64,000 nucleotides of DNA from Planctomycetota bacterium (GTDB taxonomy: Bacteria; Planctomycetota; JAJSAM01; JAJVHW01), in NCBI GenBank assembly GCA_024280885.1, contig JAJRPF010000048.1, forward strand, positions 95,868 to 159,867, given 5' to 3'. Shown here in pieces: positions 9,675-18,427 of this stretch. The notes beneath the pieces are model-generated. The model saw nothing but the letters and a program-made list of their open reading frames with translations, had not been told where the DNA came from and ran no database searches. Positions within the stretch are counted from its first letter, which is position 1. Each line of letters opens with the position of its first letter. The translations under genes and the position numbers were made by a program.

Positions 9675-10493
9675 TCAATCGGTCGTTCGCGGGCCCGGAC
9701 GCAGGCTCTTCTTGCGCTTCGCGTGACGTTCGGGGCGCGTGCGATCGCGTTCGCGCAGGTAGGCGACGTATGCGTCCATCTCCGCCGCGGCTTCTCGTCG
9801 CCATGCGTCGCCCAGATCGGCGACCCGCCGGCAGGACGTCGCGTATGCGTCGAATAACCGCTCTCCGAGCGAAGCTTCTCCGCCCTGCTTGGTCGTTGAG
9901 CCGATGAGGAGCGCGAGGTCCTTCCGGACGCCTTCGCGAGACCACTCGGCGTAGCGTGGAAGGTCGATGATCCACGTCGATCCATCGTCGGCTGGGACGA
10001 AGTTGCGGAGCGCGGCATCTCCGTGGACGAAGCCCGCATCGTGCACTGTGGCGAGCGCCGCGATGGCACGCAGCGGCCACTCCGATCGTTCGTCCTTCAG
10101 GAAGCGCGTGTGTGCATTGCGGCCGCGGACGCACTCCGTGACCACGATTGCGCATCCCCGCGGCATCACGCGCGGCTGCTCTCCGAAGAGCAGGATCTGC
10201 GGCACGTGCAGGCCAGCTTGCAGGAAGCGTCGATAGCCGCGGCCTTCGGAGACCGCGCGGCCCGGACGCAGGCGCTTGCCGAGCGGTTGGTCGGGGCGCC
10301 GAAACTCGGCCTTCACGTACGCCTTGCCACCGCGTGGGCGCTCGACGCGCACGCCCACGCGGTCGCCGGGGGTCTCGAGAATCCGATCGATGATGCCGCG
10401 CGCCTCGTCCTCCTGGCAGTCGCCCTCGAGGCGCAACGCGAAGCCGTGGTAGCGCAGGCGGCGTGTGGTCGAAGGGTCGCTCTCGTCGCTCAT
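9675..10493 (-). CDS. Lipopolysaccharide kinase (Kdo/WaaP/InaA-like) family protein
   Basis: YVKAE (catalytic Lys), HGDAALRNFV catalytic loop, WIIDL; start 10493 or 10502. Confidence 0.75.
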   Translation of the reverse strand: MSDESDPSTTRRLRYHGFALRLEGDCQEDEARGIIDRILETPGDRVGVRVERPRGGKAYVKAEFRRPDQPLGKRLRPGRAVSEGRGYRRFLQAGLHVPQILLFGEQPRVMPRGCAIVVTECVRGRNAHTRFLKDERSEWPLRAIAALATVHDAGFVHGDAALRNFVPADDGSTWIIDLPRYAEWSREGVRKDLALLIGSTTKQGGEASLGERLFDAYATSCRRVADLGDAWRREAAAEMDAYVAYLRERDRTRPERHAKRKKSLRPGPRTTD

Positions 10494-10521
10494 CGTCCCC
10501 AACGCTCGCTGAATCTCTCCG

Positions 10522-10547
10522 GATCACCAAGTGCCGATCACCAAGTG
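10522..10547. repeat. Direct repeat GATCACCAAGTG x2 (14-bp period) in divergent promoter region
   Basis: Exact 12-mers at 10522-10533 and 10536-10547 between the kinase gene and kbl. Confidence 0.6.
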
Positions 10548-10629
10548 TGCGTCGCGCCGTCCGCGTACGCTCCTGCGGTCGCCGCCGCCTCGCTGATATC
10601 CTCAGAGGCCCGACAAGGAGGTCAGCACG

Positions 10630-11823
10630 ATGTTCGGAAGCGCCAAGGGCCATATCCAGGGAACGTTGGACGAGATTCGCGAGGGCGGTCTCTGGAAGAA
10701 CGAGCGAGTCATCACGACGCCACAGGATGCCGACATCGGCGTGACCGGTCGCGAGGGCACCGTCACCAATTTCTGCGCCAACAACTATCTCGGATTGGGC
10801 AACCATCCGCGGCTCGTCCAGGCGTCGAAGGACGCCGTGGATCGGTGGGGTTTTGGCCTCTCGTCCGTGCGCTTCATTTGCGGTACGCAGGTTGCCCACA
10901 AGGACCTCGAAGAGAAGATCGCGGAGTACCTCGGCTTCGAGGACACGATCCTCTACGCGGCATGCTTCGACGCCAACGGCGGTCTCTTCGAGACGCTGCT
11001 GACCAAGGAAGACGCGATCATCAGCGACGCGCTAAACCACGCGTCGATCATCGATGGGATCCGCCTCTGCAAGGCCGAGCGCCATCGCTTCGACCACATG
11101 GACATGGCGTCCCTCGAAGAGAAGCTGAAGGCGACGCAGGACAAACGCATGCGTCTGATCTCGACGGACGGCGTGTTCTCGATGGATGGCGACATCGCAC
11201 CGCTCGCGGCGATCGTCGAACTCGCTGAGAAGTACGACGCGATGGTCCATGTGGACGAGTGCCACGCGACCGGTTTCGTCGGTGCGAACGGTCGCGGCAC
11301 GCCCGAGCATTGCGGCGTCGAGGGCAGGATCGACATCGTCACGAGCACGCTCGGCAAGGCCCTCGGCGGTGCGTCCGGCGGGTTCACCGTGGCGCCACGC
11401 GAGATCGTCGATCTCCTGCGCCAGCGCAGTCGTCCGTATCTGTTCAGCAACACGGTCGCGCCGTCGATCGTCGGTGCCTCGATCGAGTGCTTGGCGATGC
11501 TCTCCGAGACGAATGAGCTGCGCGAGAAGCTCGTCGCGAACACGGCACGCTTCCGCGAGGGCATGACGTCGGCGGGCTTCGACATCCGCCCGGGCGCCCA
11601 TCCGATCGTCCCGGTGATGCTCGGCGACGCGCGCCTCGCGTCCGGCATGGCCGACGACCTCCTCGACGAGGGCATCTACGTCATCGGCTTCAGCTTCCCA
11701 GTCGTCCCCCGCGGCCAGGCCCGCATCCGCGTGCAGGTCTCGGCAGCGCACGAGACGAGTCACATCGACCACGCCATCGACGCCTTCACCCGAGTGGGCC
11801 GCAAGCACGGCGTGGTGCGGTGA
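10630..11823 (+). CDS. kbl: Glycine C-acetyltransferase (2-amino-3-ketobutyrate CoA ligase)
   Basis: [33 protein letters not shown] lysine [19 protein letters not shown]; AAGGAGG RBS. Confidence 0.97.
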   Translation: MFGSAKGHIQGTLDEIREGGLWKNERVITTPQDADIGVTGREGTVTNFCANNYLGLGNHPRLVQASKDAVDRWGFGLSSVRFICGTQVAHKDLEEKIAEYLGFEDTILYAACFDANGGLFETLLTKEDAIISDALNHASIIDGIRLCKAERHRFDHMDMASLEEKLKATQDKRMRLISTDGVFSMDGDIAPLAAIVELAEKYDAMVHVDECHATGFVGANGRGTPEHCGVEGRIDIVTSTLGKALGGASGGFTVAPREIVDLLRQRSRPYLFSNTVAPSIVGASIECLAMLSETNELREKLVANTARFREGMTSAGFDIRPGAHPIVPVMLGDARLASGMADDLLDEGIYVIGFSFPVVPRGQARIRVQVSAAHETSHIDHAIDAFTRVGRKHGVVR

Positions 11824-11864
11824 GTCGTCACGGCGCGTGCTGACGCACGCGCCGTGACGACTCA
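11821..11864. terminator. Perfect 20-bp hairpin overlapping the kbl stop codon
   Basis: TGAGTCGTCACGGCGCGTGC-TGAC-GCACGCGCCGTGACGACTCA followed by TTCTTG. Confidence 0.7.
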
Positions 11865-11865
11865 T

Positions 11866-12160
11866 TCTTGCGTTTGTGCCGACTCCGTCGGCACGCGGTG
11901 TCTCGTTTGGGTCGCCTCCGGCTCCCCGCTCGGTTTCGCTCGCATGTTCGGCTTCGATCGCGGCTCCGACTGCTTCAACTGGGCGTGCGACTGGAGTTCG
12001 CTGCCTCGCATCGGGCCGTGACCTCGACGTGTCAGTGCGCGCGACTCAAGTGCGGGTTTCGCAGGCGGAATCCACTCCCTGTTCCTCACCGCGAGCGTCA
12101 CGCCGCGAGCGGAGCTCACGGCCCGCCACTCGCTCTCGTCTTCGGCGTTCTCGTCGGGCG
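11866..12160. repeat. Dispersed structured intergenic repeat, copy A
   Basis: Core 11936-12133 aligns without gaps to 32734-32931 and 35968-36165. Confidence 0.9.
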
Positions 12161-12567
12161 TCCGTCGCCGGTTCCTCGCCTGGCGTGTCTCATTGACCCG
12201 ATTGGGTGCGCACGCTCTAGCCATCCCACAGACCCGGTCTGGGGCGTTGTCTGGCTCCGCCGTCTCGTTCCTCGATCGACGGAGCGGGGACCGAGAAGCG
12301 ACCTCGCGGAAACGCCCCGCCGTCCCCGGTCGGCGGCGGAGCGACGATGTCTCTCGTCGGGGCCAGGTGGCCCGCCGACGCCCGGGTACGATCCCCACCC
12401 CGCGGCCCTCTCCGAATTCGACAACGCGCTCCGTGCTTGGCATGTGGCGGGGCAGCGAGCGCGCGTGTTCGAGCCGGGCGGGTCCCCACCGACCGAGCAC
12501 GATCCAAGAACGGGCCCGCCGCCATGGCCGAGCGGAACCTGAGCGAGGCGGGAACGCCTTCCCCGCG

Positions 12568-13623
12568 CTACTCGGCCGGGCCCGCCATTGCGTGCGCGCG
12601 GGTCTTCACCTTGTCGAGCTTGACCCGGACGCCGTTCTTCTCCGGGTCGTCGGTGCTGTCTTCGATGATCTCGGAGAGGACGACCTTGGGATCGCCCTCT
12701 CCACCGAAGTAGAAGCGTTGGACCTTTGCCGTGTCCTTCTTGCCCTTCTTGATCGGAGCGCGGAAGAGCACGACGGGCGAGTAGATGTCGCACTTTGCGA
12801 ACTGCGCCTTCACGAACTTTCCGGCCTCACTGTGGGTGACTTCCAGGCGGCTGGACTGGATCTTGCACGCGTCGAAGATGAGGCTCTTGCGCCAGTTGCG
12901 GATGGCGCAGAGAGCGCCGCTGACGCGGGTCGAGCGCACGACGATCTCGTTGGCGCCGCTGACGTCGAGACCGCCCTTCAGCCCGACTCGGTTGACGTGG
13001 GGCTCGCAGCGCCTGTTCTGGCCCTGGCCGCAACCGCGGACGTTGACTTTGACCTTGTTGTCGGTGGCTCCATCCGGCGGGACGATCGCGATCTTGATCG
13101 GCGTCTCGGCGCAGACGGACGAGAGTTCCACGGAGCCCGAGGCAACGCGGACATCAAGGAGCGCGCCGCGAACGAAGTCGAAGAGCTCAAGGAAGAGATG
13201 GCCGTTGATCGAGACGTCTTTCGGTGACTTCACGCCGCCGCCCTCGAAAATGGCCATGTCCATGTGGACTTCCTTGAAGTCCGCCTGCGGCTCGACTGTG
13301 ACGTTCTCGAAGACGACCTCGCGCCCCCCCACCCCGTGGACGACGAGAGTCCCGACGACCTCGATCGTGGCATCGGGTCCGCGGCCGATGATCCGGATGT
13401 CGTTGAGGATCGTGACCTCGATGCCTGCCGGAATCTGCACGCGGCCTTCGATGTAGTAGACGGCCCCGTCCTTGCGCAAGATCGCCGTCCTGTCCACCGG
13501 CAGTGGCAGCGCCTCCGGAGCGGCTTCGGCGGGCGTGCTCGGCGCGATGCAGATCGCTACGCAAATGACACCCACGGCCAACCCAAATGCGCGGATCGCC
13601 CGACCCATGCTCTGTCTCAGCAT
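12568..13623 (-). CDS. Secreted hypothetical protein (possible beta-helix)
   Basis: 351 aa, GAGGGAGG RBS, signal peptide, beta-strand-rich periodic sequence. Confidence 0.7.
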   Translation of the reverse strand: MLRQSMGRAIRAFGLAVGVICVAICIAPSTPAEAAPEALPLPVDRTAILRKDGAVYYIEGRVQIPAGIEVTILNDIRIIGRGPDATIEVVGTLVVHGVGGREVVFENVTVEPQADFKEVHMDMAIFEGGGVKSPKDVSINGHLFLELFDFVRGALLDVRVASGSVELSSVCAETPIKIAIVPPDGATDNKVKVNVRGCGQGQNRRCEPHVNRVGLKGGLDVSGANEIVVRSTRVSGALCAIRNWRKSLIFDACKIQSSRLEVTHSEAGKFVKAQFAKCDIYSPVVLFRAPIKKGKKDTAKVQRFYFGGEGDPKVVLSEIIEDSTDDPEKNGVRVKLDKVKTRAHAMAGPAE

Positions 13624-13766
13624 CGCGTCCTCCCTCTCCTCGGCGCGGGCTCGTGAGCCCGCATCGCCAGTCTACGGGAGCAGGGCGCTGTGCGGGACGC
13701 AGACTCGCTTCGCTGCGAGGTGCACCAGCGATGGGGCAGACGGCGTCGGTCCCCTACACTGTGCGC

Positions 13767-16700
13767 ATGCGCCATCGATTCCCTCTCCGCGCCGTCACGA
13801 CGGCCTTCGCTCTCGCTCTCTTCGCGGCCTCGCCCGCGCTGGCGGACGAGTACACCGTGGATACCTTCGTTGGGGGATATCAGGCTCCCGGAGGATCATC
13901 GACGCAGGTGATCGGACCGAACGAGGACGACACCACGGCGGGGATCACGCTGCCGTTCGCGTTCTCGTACTTCGGTCGGGTCTTCGACCGAGCATCTGTG
14001 TGCTCCAACGGTTGGGTCGCGTTCGGTTCCTCGTCGGCGACCACATCGGTCAACCCGGCGCTCCCCGCGACCGCGGTTCCGAATGCGGTGTTGGCTCCTC
14101 TCTGGGATGACCTCGCGACCGCCGCGGGCAGCGTCCGCTCGTTCGTCGAGGGTTCGGCGCCGACGCGCGTCTTCGTCATCGACTGGGACAGTGTCGAGTC
14201 GTTCGATGGATCGGCCACCGGTCTCTCGTTCCAGGTGCGGCTGCACGAAGACTCGGGCGTGGTGGAGTTCGCGTATGCGGCGGGCGGGGCGTACACCTCT
14301 CTCTCGTACACCGCGTCCTTGGAAGACCCGTCGGGCACGATCGCGTTCAGCGCGGCGGGGTCCGGCAACTCGCAGAGTGGCGCGCCTGCCGCCGACGCGC
14401 GCTTCACGCCGCGCGAAGTCGTCGTCACGGGGCGCGTCCTGCGCGATCGGCCGGTTGCCGACGAGACGGGTCTCGGCAACTCGACGGAGTTGGGCCTCGC
14501 GGTCGAGGGCGCGACAGTGCGCCTCGTGCGCGAGGATACGGGCGACGTTAGCGCGACGGCGATCACCGCGGCCGACGGTTCCTTCGCGTTGCGCGGTCTG
14601 GGCATCGATGCGCCGACGACGCTCGCTGTCGATCTGCTGACGACGGGTGACGGGGCGCGCGTTGCCTCGAGCGGAGGCTCGGAGTACAGCCACCGCATCG
14701 CAGCGACGATTGCGGCTGCCGCAAGCACGGTGCTGTCCGACGTCACGTTGGATGACGCAGTCGATGCCGACGATCCGCCCTTCCGGCGTGCGCTGAACGT
14801 TCATCAGGCCCTCGAGCGCGGGTATCGCGTCGCGCGGGCTGCGGCCATCGTGGCGGGGCAGGCGAGTCCGCCGAAGAGTGCGGAGTTCATTCCACGGTTG
14901 ACCGCGACGTGGTCGATCGGTGCGACCCCCGCCGGCGGCACGGCGTATGCCCCTGTCGCGGGGGTGAGTGGTGCGACGCTCTTCGTCTCCGACGCCACCG
15001 CCAATCCCGACGCCTACGATGACGACGTTCTCTTGCGCGAGTACGCCCTCCATGTGTTGGCGACGATTTCCGTCTCGCCCGGGGCCGTTCCACTGCCGCG
15101 CGGATTCTCGGTCGGGACCACCACCGAGTTCGCTTGGGCGCAGGGTTTCGGTTTCTGGTTCGCGTGCAGTGTCCAGGAACGTGACGTCTTCATCGACACG
15201 ACCTCTGCGTCGACAGCGATGGTCTTCGATCTGGAGGCGCCTCCGACGGGGGTCCTGGTCGAGACGTTCCCTGCCGCAGTCGCGGGCTCACTATGGGATC
15301 TTGTCGATCCGGCCGACGAGGTCACGGACGAGTTCCCGGGGACGACGGGGCCTTCGCCTTCGACGTTCCAGGACATCTTCACCACCATCGATCGTCAACT
15401 GGATGCGGTGCCCGAGGGTGGGTCCGCGTTCACCATCCGCGACTTCTTCACGAGTTTCGGTGACGCGGGCACCCCGGAAGGCGCCACCGCGCGGCGTCAG
15501 ATGGCGCGCGCGTTCATTCATCTGGGGACGCTCCCGGACGATGGAGCGGAGCCCGACGACCGCATCGACGAGGCCACCCTCGGCGGTGCTCCGGGAGTGA
15601 AGCTCCTCGGGCGCCGCATCTCGCCGGACAACTCCGACGTCCTGCGGCTTGACGTGGCGGGCCCGGATCCGCAGACCGTCGTGATCGCGCTGACACAGAC
15701 GACCGATGTGGATCTTTCGCTCCTGCTCCTGGGTGCCTCCGGCGGCCTCATCGACTTCGCGACGAACGTCGACGAGATCGGAGACGCTCGGGCGACGCTG
15801 CGCGTCGAACCGTCAGCGCCGCTGCCGCCGGGGACCTACTTCGTGCGCGTTGACGCGGGTACTGGCAATGGGGTCACCGGCGACTACGCCGTCTCGATTT
15901 TCAATCCGCTCGTTGTCGGGGGCGTCGACGCGCTTGAGTGGACCGAAGGCGTTCCACTGAAGGAGGACTTCCCGGCCAAGGGGGGGATCTCGCCATTCAC
16001 GTACACGACGTCGACGGGCGGCGCGCCGGGGCTGGTCCTCGCCGAGGACGGTTCGCGCATCACCGGAACCCCCACGCAGGCGGGTGAGTTCACGATCGAC
16101 GTCGCGGTCGCGGACGACGCCGCGCCCATCAATCGCGTTGCGCGCATGGTGCCGTTCGTCATCAACCCAGCTCTGGCGATCCGCCCGTTCTTCGCCGTTG
16201 CGGCGGAGCGCACCATCTCGCGTGTCCTCGGCACGGGTGGCACCGACCCGGAGTGGACCCCCGAGTTGCAACCCGGCGGCGATCTTCTGCTGGTCGGAGG
16301 CGCCCGCCTGACACTCACGGGCGCAACCGGCGCGCCCCGCACCTTCGGGATGGCCGCGCGTGCTGACGACGCCGTCGGCGCCATGCTGCCCCTGGCTCCC
16401 GTACAGGTCGTCGTGACGCGCGATTTCTTCGACGCGGACGGAGCGACCATCCCGGTTGCCGGCCCGTTCGGCTACTACTTGGACGCGCTCAAGGGGAGCG
16501 AGATCTCCGTCGTGCTGCGCTTCAAGGGAACCGGCGAGCGGCCGGAGGTGATTGGCTTCATCGACGACGCTGGCACGCCGCTACTCGGTGAGTCCACCGT
16601 CGTCACTTCCGGACGCAAGTTGAAGTTCAGTGGCCCGCTGCTGCGCGCGACAGGGCGCTACCACATGCTGCTCGACCCGAAGGGCTTCGTCGGTACTGTG

Positions 16701-17069
16701 GACGTCAAAGTGGAGGTCACGCCGCCGCGGAAGGCGCAGGGCGAACACGCCATCCAGCCAGCGGATACGGTTGTCGAGGTCCCCGTTGACGTCCTCGCCG
16801 GTGCGACGGTGAAGATCGTCTTGCGGCGCTCGCAGGCCCCGTCTTCGCTGGAGCCGACGGTGAGCGAGATCGAGGGCCCGGACGGCAATCTGCTCGCCCT
16901 CCCCACAGAGCGCCGCCGTCGGCGTGGACGCGAGGCGGTGCTCGTCTTCGAGGCACCGGCGTCGGGGCGCTACCTGCTGCGCTTCACGGGGCGGGACGGC
17001 ACATCGGGCCCGCTCTTCTACAAGGTTCGCGTGCGCACACCCCGCAAGGCGCGGCTCGTCCTCGACTGA
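13767..17069 (+). CDS. Large secreted modular protein: nidogen-like N-domain, degenerate zinc-peptidase domain, PPC/Ig-like domains
   Basis: Signal MRHRFPLRAVTTAFALALFAASPALA; ITLPFAFSYFG..SNGWVAFG..APLWDDL; DDDVLLREYALH..AWAQG..SLWDLVD; ITGTPTQAGEF Ig repeat. Confidence 0.8.
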   Translation: MRHRFPLRAVTTAFALALFAASPALADEYTVDTFVGGYQAPGGSSTQVIGPNEDDTTAGITLPFAFSYFGRVFDRASVCSNGWVAFGSSSATTSVNPALPATAVPNAVLAPLWDDLATAAGSVRSFVEGSAPTRVFVIDWDSVESFDGSATGLSFQVRLHEDSGVVEFAYAAGGAYTSLSYTASLEDPSGTIAFSAAGSGNSQSGAPAADARFTPREVVVTGRVLRDRPVADETGLGNSTELGLAVEGATVRLVREDTGDVSATAITAADGSFALRGLGIDAPTTLAVDLLTTGDGARVASSGGSEYSHRIAATIAAAASTVLSDVTLDDAVDADDPPFRRALNVHQALERGYRVARAAAIVAGQASPPKSAEFIPRLTATWSIGATPAGGTAYAPVAGVSGATLFVSDATANPDAYDDDVLLREYALHVLATISVSPGAVPLPRGFSVGTTTEFAWAQGFGFWFACSVQERDVFIDTTSASTAMVFDLEAPPTGVLVETFPAAVAGSLWDLVDPADEVTDEFPGTTGPSPSTFQDIFTTIDRQLDAVPEGGSAFTIRDFFTSFGDAGTPEGATARRQMARAFIHLGTLPDDGAEPDDRIDEATLGGAPGVKLLGRRISPDNSDVLRLDVAGPDPQTVVIALTQTTDVDLSLLLLGASGGLIDFATNVDEIGDARATLRVEPSAPLPPGTYFVRVDAGTGNGVTGDYAVSIFNPLVVGGVDALEWTEGVPLKEDFPAKGGISPFTYTTSTGGAPGLVLAEDGSRITGTPTQAGEFTIDVAVADDAAPINRVARMVPFVINPALAIRPFFAVAAERTISRVLGTGGTDPEWTPELQPGGDLLLVGGARLTLTGATGAPRTFGMAARADDAVGAMLPLAPVQVVVTRDFFDADGATIPVAGPFGYYLDALKGSEISVVLRFKGTGERPEVIGFIDDAGTPLLGESTVVTSGRKLKFSGPLLRATGRYHMLLDPKGFVGTVDVKVEVTPPRKAQGEHAIQPADTVVEVPVDVLAGATVKIVLRRSQAPSSLEPTVSEIEGPDGNLLALPTERRRRRGREAVLVFEAPASGRYLLRFTGRDGTSGPLFYKVRVRTPRKARLVLD

Positions 17070-17096
17070 TCGCACTTCGCGCTCTACCTTCCACTT

Positions 17097-18371
17097 GTGA
17101 ACAACTCAGAGCTCACTCTCACCGCGGACGACTCGCCCGAGTTCTGCGGTCCCGAGCACTTGGCGCGCGCCGTGCAGATGTCGCGGAGGTGGGATGCGGC
17201 CGAGGCCACCGAGGGCAAGCTGACGAAAGAGGGTCTGACCCGAATTGTCGAACTCTGCTACCGCGTGAGTCTCTCGACCGAGGAGGGGCGCCACCCGCGC
17301 TTCACCGTGTTCGTTCCCGGTCCCGCCGCCGAACGCCATCTGCGATTGGTCGCGCGCTTCGAGCCGCCGATCCTGCTCTCCGCGCAGACGCTGCGCCGCC
17401 TCGTTCCCTCGATTCCTGCGGGCGCACACGCGCTCTGCGTCGAACAGCGCGGCGATGAACATGTCGCCACCGGAGTTCTCTCGCTGCGCGATGCGACGGA
17501 CGTTCCGCAACTCGGCCGCCCCGCCGTGTCATTCGGCCTGGGCCTGCCCGGCCTGACCCTGCGAGTGGACGGTCCCGGGCAGGCGCGCGCGACCGAGAAG
17601 GGATTGACGTGGGAGTTGCACACGGGCCACGTCAAGCCCGTGTCGCACTACGCCATCTTGCGCGCGGTCCAGGATTGGTTCTCGCTGCTTGCGCTCTGGC
17701 TCGTCCGGGACTACCGCGACGAGGAGGGCGCCGAGGCGCTGCGCGAGCGCGAGGGACTCGGGGATCCGGCTCTCGTCTTCGACAGCGTGTGGTCGTACGT
17801 CCTTGCGATCACGATCGCCGGTGGCCACGGCGGTGCATTCGCGATCATTCCGGATGACGACGAGACGTCGCTGGTGCTGAAGTATCGGGCCTCGGGGATC
17901 AATCTCTTCGAAACCGTTCTCGGGTACTGGCGCGCCTGCTTTGACAGTTCGCTCATCACCGAGGCATCGTTGCTCGAGCGCCGTGCGGCGCGCTGGGAGG
18001 CGTCGAAGCGGTCGATGTACTCGTCGGCGCAGGCACTGGCGCATCTCGCAAACGTCGATGGTTGCGTTGTCCTGAACTCGCGGCTGCGCGTGCTCGGTTT
18101 CGGCGCGGAGATCCGCGTCCCGGAAGAGGACGTGGCGCACAGCACGTGCATCGACGCCGATCCCTTCACGTTGAAGAAGCGCGGCGACGTCGACCTGCAG
18201 CAATTCGGGACGCGGCACAGGTCGGCATATCGATTGGCGGCGAAGCGGCCGGGAACCATCGTCTTCGTCGTCTCGCAGGATCGGGATCTGCGCGTCTTCT
18301 ACGGACGTCGCGACAAGCCCGGCGAGGTTTGCCTGTGGCAGTCGCTCGGTGCGTGGATGGCTGGAGTCTGA
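17097..18371 (+). CDS. Diadenylate-cyclase (DisA_N/DAC) domain protein with DACNV-type N-terminal region
   Basis: VDGCVVL (DGA motif), FGAEI, GTRHRSA (RHR motif), VVSQD; N-terminal VSLSTEEGRHPRF. Confidence 0.82.
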   Translation: MNNSELTLTADDSPEFCGPEHLARAVQMSRRWDAAEATEGKLTKEGLTRIVELCYRVSLSTEEGRHPRFTVFVPGPAAERHLRLVARFEPPILLSAQTLRRLVPSIPAGAHALCVEQRGDEHVATGVLSLRDATDVPQLGRPAVSFGLGLPGLTLRVDGPGQARATEKGLTWELHTGHVKPVSHYAILRAVQDWFSLLALWLVRDYRDEEGAEALREREGLGDPALVFDSVWSYVLAITIAGGHGGAFAIIPDDDETSLVLKYRASGINLFETVLGYWRACFDSSLITEASLLERRAARWEASKRSMYSSAQALAHLANVDGCVVLNSRLRVLGFGAEIRVPEEDVAHSTCIDADPFTLKKRGDVDLQQFGTRHRSAYRLAAKRPGTIVFVVSQDRDLRVFYGRRDKPGEVCLWQSLGAWMAGV

Positions 18372-18427
18372 CACGCGCCACGCGCGCCCGGATGTCAGAC
18401 ACTCGCCTCATCTTGCGTCGCTTCCGA

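Noticed and set aside
11862-12542. ORFs of 100-220 aa spanning the dispersed repeat in several frames (also at 32680-33123 and 35933-36506)
   Set aside because: Differences between copies are not synonymous-biased, some frames have stops in one copy, and starts and ends are not shared; open frames are expected at this GC content
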